A stretch of DNA of 63,668 nucleotides, the filler included, from Craspedostauros australis (taxonomy: Eukaryota): assembly GCA_030167865.1 (NCBI GenBank). It is 8 parts of 8 records of this genome, joined end to end, with 100 filler letters (N's around TTAATTAATTAA, not from the genome) between each part and the next. Parts side by side here need not be neighbours in the genome. Positions count along the whole stretch, not along the records: positions 1 to 12,794 come from JALAGF010006501.1; 7 more parts are not named here. The stretch is one strand, 5' to 3'. Below the pieces are notes generated by a model. It was given only the letters and a program-made list of their open reading frames with translations. It was not told where the DNA came from and did not search any database. The stretch's first letter is position 1; each line of letters starts with the position of its first letter. The position numbers and the translations under genes are program-made. This document shows, one piece after another, positions 1 through 10,773 of this stretch.

Positions 1-891
1 CAAGCAAACCAGTGACAACAAGGGGCCAAAACTCCACAACTAGTGTTATCGTGAGTGCATCAACTGCGACCTGGAGGTAGTAGGCACTGACATCATCGTA
101 TGACGTCAGAGGATCGGTCATTGTGATCCTCGGAATCGAGATTATATTTTAGTCATGGTATGCTGACCTGTCTAGCCTAGCNGANTGCATCATCNAGCAC
201 GTGGCAACAACATTTAGGATNCAGAACAACATCGTCAGAGGTGATGCATGCACCTNGTCGACGTAGACGGATCAATCCATATGTGATCAAACAGAGATCA
301 AGATTAGGCAAGACCAGGAGAGATGAAGAAAGACCCAAGGGCAAGAATAACACGAGATATCGTGTAGATCAACATGCCATCTTGGGCAATGTTTTAGGAA
401 AGACTGCGAGATAAACCACGAGGTAATCGAGCAGCATGTTAGCAACCCGTGCAATAGGCACCATCATTAGCAATAGGAGATCATCATCTCATAATACAAA
501 CTCAATCATCAATTGACTACAACTAACTTAGAACACAACAACACCAAACACACCGACTCCACCTATTGGATTGATCACCCAGGCGGCGTCGTAAGTGCAG
601 TGTTTGGTGCTCCCCTCTTGTCCTGTGTGTAATTGCTGATTATCATTCTCTGCGATTAGCGCGGAAGAACGCCCTTGCTTGATTGGCTCCCCCACAGCAA
701 AGCACGGAACAACTGTTGTAGCTGGAGAGCATGCGAAGCCCCACAAGAAAGCTCGTTTCGTCATTGCCAAGTCGCAGTTGACTTGCGCACAATTAGTACT
801 AGTTCAACGGTTACTTGTTGACATTGTTGTTTTTTGCCTCATTTTGACATTTCTAGTTGCACAAGAGCTCATAATTCGCAAGAACACGAGA

Positions 892-1905
892 ATGCTTCTA
901 CCAAGTGGAACTGTCGCCGCTGTGGGGTTCGGGCTGATTGGGTCTCGCCCAAGAGGCTTGGGCACAAACAGCCTTTCCAGGGAGTCACTGCGGCAGTTCG
1001 CATCCGTGTTCGGAACGCACCCTGACATCATGCACATCTTGTGGAACGAGCTCTGTCATGCGCGAGCTCTGCCGCTCACGGCGAAACCGAAACATCTCCT
1101 GTGGACGTGCGCGTTTCTTCGTCTGTATGTGTCTGAGACTGCCCTGGCCACCATGTGCAAGTGTTCTGCCAAAACACTTCAGAAATGGATGTGGCTAATG
1201 ATGGAAGCCGTTGAAACCGTTAAAGATTGCATTGTAAGTACTAATAAATTCGCACACCCGAACTGCGACACAAAATTCTGTTCACTCCATTCACTCACAC
1301 ATGGTTCTGATTTTTCCTGGTACCGCTCCCATTGACAGATTGTCTGGAACCGTCGTTTTGTTGGCGCAAGTCACGATGCAAAAGCTCTTGTCACTGTGGA
1401 CGGGACTGACATGCAAATCACCGAACCCAAACCGTTTAGCCAGAAGTGGTGCTCGTTCAAATTTCGCGCTGCTGGTTTGCGTTACGAGTTGGCTGTTGCG
1501 ATTTCCACTGGTGAGATCGTTTGGGCGAATGGTCCTTTCCCGTGTGGCCTGTTGAACGATCTTTCGATCTTCCGTCTGGGTCTGAAACCAAAATTAGTGC
1601 AGCACGAAGTCGTCGTTGCAGATGCCGGATACCGTGGGGACCCGTGTGTGTTTCCCCCAACTTTTCGCGCGGATGGCATCATGCGGTGCCGCCATGAAAC
1701 GGTCAACAGGAGAATCAAGCACTGGCAATGCATGCACCTGAAGTGGCGGCACCATGTGGACAAGCATCGCCTTGCATTCAACGCGGTTGCCATCGTGACG
1801 CAAATTGAATTGAGCAACGGCTACCCCTCGTTTGACGTGGTTGTCGCGATGCAAGAAGCACGCGAACGTGCCATCGCCCGTGCAGATGCACAACACACAC
1901 ACTAA
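892..1905 (+). CDS. PIF/Harbinger-type DDE transposase (DDE_Tnp_4-like), 2 exons: 892-1233, 1339-1905 (about 302 aa)
   Basis: Intron 1234 GTAAGT...TTGACAG 1338 joins KDCI|IVWNRRF in frame. Motifs VDGTD, GLRYELAV, GPFPCG..ND, ADAGYRG and RHETVNRRIK give a D-D-E triad. N-terminal region has F.SVFG..P and KHLLW...FLRLY. TIRs not located. Confidence 0.85.
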
Positions 1906-3170
1906 TTAGCGCATCCCACGTAGTACAAACAAATAGCTAGAATTTAACAAGCATAAAATTATAATCGTAGATGTCCTCGCTTGTCTGTTGTAGTGAGTTC
2001 GTGTTTGGTGTCCTGGTTTGAAAAGGCAAGCACAGCATCACACTGACTGGTTCATCGTGTACATGCTATGCTTTACTGTGGGGAACACTATTTGTCAACA
2101 ATGCATCTCGGACCCACTGACAGTGCAGTTTGGAGAACGGGTAAGGATGTTCGTCCCCATGGGGCGACATGCTTCCTGGATGAAAAGAGGATGGACTAGG
2201 CAACCTGACACGAACTTGTATGCAAGAGAGTCCTGCTACAATACAGTGAATACATCAGAGAAACACCAGGTTACCGTGGAACCCCGTGGACGCGGACTGG
2301 AGGTGGTTGGGAGCATGGGGCACCACCGCCACCGCCGGGGACAGGAGAGACACAAACGCTGTGGCCACCACCAACTGATGTAGCGCACATGGACGAACAG
2401 CACGCGAACAAATTGTGCTGCCTTGAAACAAGAACGATGGTGGAGGAAACAAACAACTTTGCCTGGGCAGAGTGTGACAGTGGACGAACTCCGTTGATTG
2501 AACTGCAGAGTATGATGCGTCATTCTGTGTATGTTGTAGGAGCACGTGATGCATCGGAACAGCAATGTGAGATGGAACCGCCGGGACAAAGGCACAAAAG
2601 TTACCTGCACGAAGAAACGTACGAGTTGGAAAGACGATGTCCACCTGAGGACATCGCGCCGACGAGCAAGGGGGCAAATGTGTCCCACGGCGATGATGAA
2701 GGAAAGGGGCGATCCCATGGGTCGTGGGTCTGGAAATTTGCGTGTGTTGGAGCAGACGCGACAGGGGTGGAACGAGCGCAAAGCGGACATCATTGTCATT
2801 GGCACACAGTGCAGGACATGTCAGCCACGTACGAAAATGAGCTCGACGTCATGTCGACACGGGAAAGGCGTGCTCAAGTAGTCCCATTTGTGCATGACTT
2901 TACCAATCCCAAAACCGTGCAACACGCCTCAAGCGTGAAGAAAGCAAAAACCGACCATTATATGGCATTTACCGCGCTCTCCATGGCATTGCCCTCCGAC
3001 CGACCTCTTCTGCTACTCGTACTTGACCCATCGCCTTCCGAGGGTACGATCTAGACTGCGATCATAGGAGCGGATGGGTCTGCCTTGGCTCCTGTTTCTC
3101 TGTTTGCATTGAAGACTCATTCCTCGATGTCTTGTTGGGGGTTTGCACTCCACCCATCGCCTTCCAAGGG

Positions 3171-3415
3171 TGCGATCATAGCATGCGATCATAGCATGCG
3201 ATCATAACATGCGATCATAACATGCGATCATAACATGCGATCATAACATGCGATCATAACATGCGATCATAACATGCGATCATANNNNNNNNNNNNNNNN
3301 NNNNNNNNNNNNNNNNNNNNNNNNNATGCGATCATAGAATGCGATCATAGAATGCGATCATAGAATGCGATCATAGAATGCGATCATAGAATGCGATCAT
3401 AGAATGCGATCATAG
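3171..3415. repeat. 13-bp minisatellite (CATGCGATCATAA / AATGCGATCATAG), interrupted by an N gap
   Basis: Tandem copies visible on both sides of the gap at 3285-3325. Left copies mostly end -TAAC, right copies -TAGA. Confidence 0.95.
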
Positions 3416-4070
3416 GAGCGGATGAGGAATACCGCTTTGGCTGTTCTGTCCGTGTCCCATGATAAAGAACATCTGCGAAAGTAGAAGGATGAGTGTCAGA
3501 GTGCGTGGTACAAGTACAAAGTAATCGGAGATATGATTTCTACGAGTACAGCGTGTGCGATGGGGGACGATACAGCATCAATACGTGCGCTACGGCACGA
3601 AAGGATACCACTTCTGATGGTTGACACCTCAACTTCCCACTATCACTGCCACGGATGCAAATGACAGACGTGGGGCAGCTGCCCCCATGCATCACCTCTT
3701 TGGGCCAAGTATCGAAGTGTGTACTCTGTGAGGAGTTGCGACATTTGGAGCGTTGTATCGTTGCTCCTTTGACCACCACGCCCGCACTGATGAGTGCGAG
3801 CAAGAGACTGTTGCTGCAGAGAAGCGAAGTTGCTCTCTCTGCCTCGCCCAAGATTGATCTTGTTGACATGCCTGAAATTGTTTGGAACATCTCATTTCCT
3901 CGCCCTCACAATACATCAACAACATCATCCATCAACCACCACAACTCACAATCTCGAGAGAGACAGAGAGAGCCCAACTTCCGCTGGTGCCATTCACATC
4001 TTCGTCACTGGTGTGACCGACGCAAAACCCACCAACACAGCCGCAGCCGCAGCCACATTCATACCCAACA

Positions 4071-7000
4071 ATGGATGACAAGACAACATATGATGCGTCT
4101 GCTAAACTTCCGCCACCAATCCCTGTCCCCTCTGCGCCAGTAGCATCTGAAGCAGACATGCAAGCAGACATGCAAGCCTATGTTCCAGTTGCAGAGGTCG
4201 TCCCAGGATGGAGCTGGAAAGGTGTTGTGACTGTGGTGTTGCTCGTCGTCGGTGTAGCCGGTACCACTGCAGCAGGCGTAGTGTTCCTCCTAAGTGACGA
4301 GACCAGCAGCAACAGCAACATAGACGGCAGCAGTGGTAATCAGCCCACCGCAAATGGCCCCCGTGATCGGTTATCACAAAATCCAACCCTCACATCCACA
4401 GATGTACCAAGTGATCTACCCTCGTCGAACCTAACCCTCACACCCACACATATACCGAGTGATCTACCCTCGTCGAACCCAACTCACACACCGACGGAGA
4501 TACTGAGTGATCGGCCATCACAAAATCCAACTCACACACCGATGGAGATACCGAGTGATCTACCCTCAGATACACCGAGTGATCTACCCTCGGACATACT
4601 GAGTGATCTACCCTCGTCGAACCCAACCCACACACCGACGGAGATCCTGAGTGATCGGCCATCACAAAATCCAACCCACACACCGACGGATACACCGAGT
4701 GATCTACCCTCAGATGTACCAAGTGATCTACCCTCGTCGAACCCAACTCACACACCGACGGATATAGCGAGTGATCTACCCTCGTCAATCCCAACCCACA
4801 CACCCACGGATACATCGAGTGATTTAGCCTCGTCGAACCCAACTCGCACACCCACGCATATACCGAGTCATCGACCCTCGTCGAACCCAACGCACAGCTT
4901 CGATCAATCGGATGCTTTCTTCACCATTTGGGAGGTGCTCGCGCCCATACTCCAAGAAGAGCCAACTTTCATCGATGCAGCCATACTCGCCAGCTCAGCC
5001 AGTACCGCGCATCGAACGCTGGACTGGATGGCAAACAGCAACCACCAATACCTCACATCAATGATCGTGGAAGATGTACAAGCCAATGCCACGCGTCTAT
5101 TGGAGTACTATGCAGTAGTGAGCATATACTTTTCACTCGATGGAGCCAATTGGATCGACAAGATGGACTTTCTATCAGATGCTGACGTGTGCGACTGGCA
5201 CTCTTCCTCTGGTGGTGTGACATGCGATGATGGCCATGTGGTACAAGTAGCTTTGGGTGACGAAGGCATGCGGGGCACGCTCGATGCAGCCCTGTATCAT
5301 CTCTCGCACCTTGAGCAATGGTCAATGGAAATGACTTACAGCTCCCGCCCACAGATCAATGGTATCATCTTCAGTCACATTGGCATGTTGAGTATGCTAT
5401 CAGAGCTAACTCTAGTGTACATGGAACTGCGAGGTGCGTTTCCGTCGGAATTGTATCCACTTACACAATTGACACATCTTGACCTGCATTCCAGCAGCTT
5501 CGCTGGACCACTTCCTTCCGAGATTGGTCAACTCACAGCGCTCACCTATCTTGATCTGAGATATACTGACTTCACTGGACACCTTCCATCCGAGATTGGT
5601 CAACTCACAGCGCTCACCATTCTTAATCTGAGATATATTGACTTAACTGGGCAGCTTCCGTCCGAGATTGGTCAACTGACAGCTCTCACCTATCTTGATC
5701 TAGAAGGGACCAATTTCACTAGACCGCTTCCATCCGAGATTGGTCAACTCACAGCTCTCACCCGTCTTGATCTGGGAACTACTGACTTCACTGGGTGGCT
5801 TCCATCCGAGATTGGTCAACTGACAGCGCTCACCTATCTTGATTTGGCAACTACTGGCTTGGCTGGACGGCTTCCATCCGAGATTGGTCAACTGACAGCC
5901 CTCGCTTTTCTTCTTCTGAGATATACTGGCTTGACTGGACAGCTTCCATCCGAGATTGGTCAACTCACAGCTCTCACCCGTCTTGATCTGGGAACTACTG
6001 ACTTCACTGGGTGGCTTCCATCCGAGATTGGTCAACTCACAGCTCTCATCAGTCTTGATCTGAGATCTGTCGATCTCACTGGGCGCTTTCCATCCGAGAT
6101 CGGTCAACTGACAGCGCTCACCTTTCTCGTCATGCAGTTCACCGATCTCACTGGACGGCTTCCGTCCGAGATCGGTCGGCTGACAGCGCTTACCTATCTT
6201 GATCTGGCACCTACTGACTTAACGGGACAGATTCCATCCGAGATTGGTCAGCTGACAGCCCTCGCTTCTCTTGATTTGGGACCTACTGACTTAACTGGAC
6301 AGATTCCATCCGAGATTGGTCAACTGACAGCTCTCACCAGTCTTGATCTGGGAACTACTGACTTAACTGGACAGATTCCATCCGAGATTTGTCAGCTGAC
6401 AGCACTGAAACGTCTTGATCTGAGATATACCGATCTAACTGGGCAGCTTCCATCCGAGATCGGTCAGCTGACAGCGCTCACCTATCTTGATCTGGCACCT
6501 ACTGACTTCACTGGGAAGCTTCCATCCGAGATTGGTCAGCTGACAGCGCTCGCCTTGCTTGATCTAAGATCTACTGAGTTCACTGGGCAGCTTCCATCCG
6601 ATATTGGTCAACTGACAGCATTGAGATATCTTGACCTACTATGGGCCGACTTCACTGGGCAGCTTCCATCCGAGATTGGTCAGCTGACAGCACTGAAACA
6701 TCTTGAACTGGCTTTGACTGGCTTCACTGGACAGCTTCCATCCAAGATTGGCCAGCTTACAGCGCTCACCTTTCTTGGCCTGGGTTTGACCGATCTCACT
6801 GGACAGCTTCCATCCGAGATTGGTCAGCTGACAGCACTGAAACGCCTTGCTCTAAGATATACTGATCTAACTGGGCAGCTTCCATCCGAGATTGGTCAGC
6901 TGACAGCTCTCACCCGTCTTGATTTGGGATCGACTGACTTCACTGGACGGCTTCCATCCGAGATTGGTCAACTGACAGCGCTCACCTTTCTTGATCTGAG

Positions 7001-7514
7001 ATCTGCTGACTTCACTGGGCAGCTTCCATCCGAGATTGGCCGACTGGCGGCGCTCACCTTGCTTGGTCTAGAATTGACCAAATTCACTGGGCGGCTTCCA
7101 TCCGAGATTGGTCATCTGGCAGCACTGAAACAACTTGAACTGGCTTTGTCTGGCTTCACTGGACAGCTTCCATCCGACATTGGTCAGCTGACAGCACTGA
7201 AACATCTTGAACTGCATTTCACTGACTTCACTGGACAGCTTCCATCCAAGATTGGCCAGCTGACAGCGCTCATCTTTCTTGATCTGAGATCTGCTGACTT
7301 CACTGGACAGCTTCCATCCGAGATTGGTCAACTGGCAGCATTGCGATATCTTGATTTGGGACCGACTGACTTCACTGGACGGCTTCCATCCGAGATTGGT
7401 CAACTGACAGCCCTCACCTTTCTTGATTTGGAAGGGACCAATTTCACTAGACCGCTTCCAACTCAGCTTGGTCTCCTCACATCATTGGATATAGGCAAGA
7501 TTCCTGGAATCTAA
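4071..7514 (+). CDS. Single-pass (probably type II) membrane LRR receptor-like protein: short N-terminal tail, TM, Pro/Ser/Thr stalk, LRRNT-like cap, about 30 plant-type 24-aa LRRs; no kinase domain
   Basis: 1147-aa intronless ORF. Hydrophobic segment at about aa 52-74 (VVTVVLLVVGVAGTTAAGVVFLL); SDLPSSNPTHTPT repeats; cap YYAVVSIYFSLDGANW...DVCDW...GVTC; repeats LTALxxLxLxxTxFTGxLPSEIGQ. Confidence 0.92.
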   Translation: MDDKTTYDASAKLPPPIPVPSAPVASEADMQADMQAYVPVAEVVPGWSWKGVVTVVLLVVGVAGTTAAGVVFLLSDETSSNSNIDGSSGNQPTANGPRDRLSQNPTLTSTDVPSDLPSSNLTLTPTHIPSDLPSSNPTHTPTEILSDRPSQNPTHTPMEIPSDLPSDTPSDLPSDILSDLPSSNPTHTPTEILSDRPSQNPTHTPTDTPSDLPSDVPSDLPSSNPTHTPTDIASDLPSSIPTHTPTDTSSDLASSNPTRTPTHIPSHRPSSNPTHSFDQSDAFFTIWEVLAPILQEEPTFIDAAILASSASTAHRTLDWMANSNHQYLTSMIVEDVQANATRLLEYYAVVSIYFSLDGANWIDKMDFLSDADVCDWHSSSGGVTCDDGHVVQVALGDEGMRGTLDAALYHLSHLEQWSMEMTYSSRPQINGIIFSHIGMLSMLSELTLVYMELRGAFPSELYPLTQLTHLDLHSSSFAGPLPSEIGQLTALTYLDLRYTDFTGHLPSEIGQLTALTILNLRYIDLTGQLPSEIGQLTALTYLDLEGTNFTRPLPSEIGQLTALTRLDLGTTDFTGWLPSEIGQLTALTYLDLATTGLAGRLPSEIGQLTALAFLLLRYTGLTGQLPSEIGQLTALTRLDLGTTDFTGWLPSEIGQLTALISLDLRSVDLTGRFPSEIGQLTALTFLVMQFTDLTGRLPSEIGRLTALTYLDLAPTDLTGQIPSEIGQLTALASLDLGPTDLTGQIPSEIGQLTALTSLDLGTTDLTGQIPSEICQLTALKRLDLRYTDLTGQLPSEIGQLTALTYLDLAPTDFTGKLPSEIGQLTALALLDLRSTEFTGQLPSDIGQLTALRYLDLLWADFTGQLPSEIGQLTALKHLELALTGFTGQLPSKIGQLTALTFLGLGLTDLTGQLPSEIGQLTALKRLALRYTDLTGQLPSEIGQLTALTRLDLGSTDFTGRLPSEIGQLTALTFLDLRSADFTGQLPSEIGRLAALTLLGLELTKFTGRLPSEIGHLAALKQLELALSGFTGQLPSDIGQLTALKHLELHFTDFTGQLPSKIGQLTALIFLDLRSADFTGQLPSEIGQLAALRYLDLGPTDFTGRLPSEIGQLTALTFLDLEGTNFTRPLPTQLGLLTSLDIGKIPGI
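4366..4896 (+). repeat. Coding tandem repeat making a mucin-like Pro/Ser/Thr stalk
   Basis: Recurrent AGTGATCTACCC / TCGTCGAACCCA / ACTCACACACCG 12-nt modules. Confidence 0.85.
5460..7475 (+). repeat. 28 tandem 72-bp LRR-coding units
   Basis: Near-invariant CTTCCATCCGAGATTGGTCA(A/G)CT core every 72 bp; 28 x 72 = 2016 bp. Confidence 0.95.
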
Positions 7515-8224
7515 TTCAGCATCATTATCCCAAAACAACTGGCCAAGCTTATGTACTGTTTTGGGATGATTGGAGATGGTGTGCTGCTGAGATATAGCAT
7601 CAAGAGTAGTTACCAAAGTCGTTGGCCTCCTTGCTTGTCCCTAAATACTAGACTAGTTGGGACAGACTTGGTCCGGGACCCATCCGGGACTCAATCGTCC
7701 ATGTCGTGTACATGGTACCCGGTATCCGAAACCGATACTGCAATGAAAGGCTACCGCGCGCATGGTGTGTAGTTGAACCACGATCCATGCTCTGCTCACC
7801 CTCCAGCTCATGCACCCACGCCACCTGTCCAGCTAACCATCTTGCAGAACCTGCACGCATCTTGAAGTACATCCACACCCATGGATCAAGTACTGCTCTA
7901 CGGATGGAGCCGCTGAATGGCTGTGAGTGTGTCGAACCATCACGACATGTTGCTGAGCAACAAGAACGGCTGAAGTACGACAGCGTGAACCCTGTCCTTT
8001 TACTCGATCGTCCTATGAACTGTAAGCTTAACACATAAAACAAGCAATCAGAAACAATCTTCACAGCTTACTTCCGAGTCTACTACAATTACATCATCGT
8101 CTGATACAGCTTTGTTCTCAACATCAAACGGCGTCAAAACCGGTTGAAGGACAGACCATCCTCCTGACAACGTGCAAAAGACACGGAATACCAACTAGAC
8201 TTGTCCATTTCTCATAGAACTATA

Positions 8225-8970
8225 TATTGGAAATCCGGGGTTATTGTTAGTACTGTAATCTAACCCACTGTTAGAAACTGTACCGTTTTAGAACTGTGAG
8301 CACAATCTCACTTTCTCTTCCGATTTCATCTTCGTAGCAGGCATCTGTCGCAGTGGCGACACGGGGCGTCCTGTTGTCTCTTAGGTGCTTCCCCCTTCAT
8401 TCATCATGCTCTGTTCTTGCTTCCTTGTCTCTGCATCGTCGTAGCTGTCTACGCTTGCATGGTAGGGATCTGCAGTCTTGAGCACTTGCCTATCTCATGT
8501 TTCCGTTGTTGATCTCATGACACCATTGTCTCATGATCGATGTCACCCTTGGCGATGTTTCAAACCCTGGGATGTTCTGATCCTTTCTGATGTTCCAAAC
8601 CTGCGGATGTTCTTGTCCACAGGAGGGGCACGTGCTATCCTCTGAAGAAGGTGCGTCACTTGCCCATGGACTTGCTGTTCTGATCGACGTCGTCATTTGC
8701 ATGGTTGCCATGGTTGGCGCGGTATCGGGACCCCCTGATCCGCCATAGGTGTCGTCTTTGCGTTACTGGAGGACAGGCTATCCTCCTCGCGGTAGTACAG
8801 GTGTCAATCACGTCCGTGTCCTTAGTCATAGTCAGAATGACATGGTATTCAAAGGTGTGACGAATAGTCTCCGAACATGTGACGAATAATATTCAAAGCT
8901 GTGACGAGTAATGTTGGGAGGTGCGGCAATCGTGGGTATTCCGACAAAGTCGTACCCTCAATTCCTATCA
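8225..8970 (-). repeat. 3' LTR of copia A (TGATAGGAAT...ATTTCCAATA, about 746 bp)
   Basis: Starts right after the PPT; both ends are homologous to the LTR at 10774-11565. Confidence 0.8.
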
Positions 8971-9044
8971 CCCTTCCATTGTCGCATCGACAACATAACA
9001 TCCATCATCACTATCCTTCTCTCTCACCTTTCGCCTTACTCCCA

Positions 9045-10773
9045 TTAATCCATTGCAGACCGCAGTTGGATGAAGTGGCTCTTGTGGTTGTCGTAGATCT
9101 CCTTTTTGGTGTTCTTTGTGAAGCCGTCTGCGATGTTGTCTTCCGATCGCACGAACTTGGTTACGGCTTCTCCATTTTTGACGAGCTCACGTATGAAGTG
9201 ATGTCGGATGTCGATGTGCCTTGTCCTTGCGGAAGTCGATGGGTTGGAGGCGATGAAGATCGCTCCAACGTTGTCGACCATAACGTCCGCGGGTTTGTGC
9301 ATCTTTAATCCGATGTCGCTCATCAGTTGCGTCACGAAGCGGATCTCTTTCCCTGCTTCTGACAGTGCGACGTACTCTGCTTCTGTCGAGCTGAGTGTTA
9401 CGCTGCGTTGTGCCTTTGATCTCCATATGATCGGCACTCCTTGTAATAGGACGATGTGCCCTCCTACACTGATGCGATTGTCCTTGTCACCCGCGAATTT
9501 GCTGTCAGTGAATATTGCAATCTTCCATGCATCGTTGGCAAGTGGACTTGGTTTCATCTTCAGTCCATAATCTCTCGTGTCCCATACGAACTTCATGACT
9601 CGTAGCATCTCTTTGTATGCTAAGGCTGTTGGTCCGTCCAGCACCTTGGTCAATTCTCGCACTGCATTGGCGATGTCGGGTCGAGAGTGTTTCACCAGGT
9701 ATAGCAGCATGCCTACTCCACTTCGGTATCTACTGTGTCGCTGTTCGTCCACCTTGGGTGCATCACTATTCCTTTGGATGTCCTGCCCTGGCGTCCCAGG
9801 TGTTCCGTATCGTTGTNNNNNNNNNNNNNNNNNNNNNNNNNNNNNNNNNNNNNNNNNNNNNNNNNNACAGTGCGACGTACTCTGCTTCTGTCGAGCTGAG
9901 TGTTACGCTGCGTTGTGCCTTTGATCTCCATATGATCGGCACTCCTTGTAATAGGACGATGTGCCCTCCTACACTGATGCGATTGTCCTTGTCACCCGCG
10001 AATTTGCTGTCAGTGAATATTGCAATCTTCCATGCATCGTTGGCAAGTGGACTTGGTTTCATCTTCAGTCCATAATCTCTCGTGTCCCATACGAACTTCA
10101 TGACTCGTAGCATCTCTTTGTATGCTAAGGCTGTTGGTCCGTCCAGCACCTTGGTCAATTCTTGCACTGCATTGGCGATGTCGGGTCGAGAGTGTTTCAC
10201 CAGGTATAGCAGCATGCCTACTCCACTTCGGTATCTGCTGTGTCGCTGTTCGTCCACCTTGGGTGCATCACTATTCCTTTGGATGTCCTGCCCTGGCGTC
10301 CCAGGTGTTCCGTATCGTTGTAGTTTCACCACATCGCTTCCGAACGTATCGATGATGTTCTTGAGGATGTGTGGCTGGTTGACCCAACAGTTCGACTTGT
10401 CGTGGTTGAATATGATCTTGCAGCTCAGGTAGTCTTCCAGATCTTCCTCCACTTTGACGCCGAACCGTTCTGCTCGGATGTCCTTCACGAGCTTCTTCAG
10501 TTCCTGCTCTCCACCGATGCAGAGGCAATCGTCCACATAGGTACCGATCAGTAGCAGTCTCCCTTCCTGATTCCGAATCAGTAGGCAAGGGTCCACCTCG
10601 CTTTGTCTGAACCCTAGTTTGAATAGGATGTCGACGAGCTTCTTATTCCATTGTCTCGCGCTCTGCACGAGTCCGTAGATGGTCTTCTTGAGCAGCAGAC
10701 ATTCGTCAGTTTCGTGCTTCATGCCTTTCGGGCATTGCATGTAGATCTCCTCGTCGAGGTCTTCATGCAGGAA
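9045..10773 (-). pseudogene. copia A pol fragment (RT + RNaseH), 5'-truncated by the insertion; about 455 bp duplicated across the N gap
   Basis: ORFs 9766-10740 and 9045-9752 overlap in protein sequence. The frame continues upstream only to FLHEDL at the LTR B junction. Confidence 0.85.

Larger units (their letters stand above)
8225..10773 (-). mobile_element. Ty1/copia LTR retrotransposon A, 3' part (RT-RNaseH, PPT, 3' LTR); interrupted in RT by element B
   Basis: FLHEDLDEEIYM, LKKTIYGLVQSARQW, YVDD, SSTEAEYVA, TRHIDIRHHFIRE, ADGFTK. A purine tract AATGGAAGGG precedes the LTR. Confidence 0.93.

Noticed and set aside
44..545. Possible LTR at the window start
   Set aside because: Looks repetitive (scattered ambiguous bases, ends ...CAACA), but I found no TSD, PBS or second copy.
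2389..3054. 221-aa plus-strand ORF as a gene
   Set aside because: No recognisable motif; may be the shadow of a minus-strand spliced transcript.
5460..7475. CRISPR-like or DGR-like array (constant repeat plus variable spacer)
   Set aside because: In-frame protein repeats; variable parts are homologous to each other; no cas genes. The nearby RTs are copia-type and the variation is not visibly adenine-specific.
7640..8123. Possible solo LTR downstream of the LRR gene
   Set aside because: Ends ...CTCAACA but no matching 5' end or TSD was identified.
9362..10321. Apparent tandem duplications (also 15141-16352, 19166-20055, 52225-53052, 58086-59255, 61878-63400)
   Set aside because: Each pair flanks a roughly 50-N gap and is near-identical: unmerged overlaps, alleles or TE copies, not demonstrable duplications.
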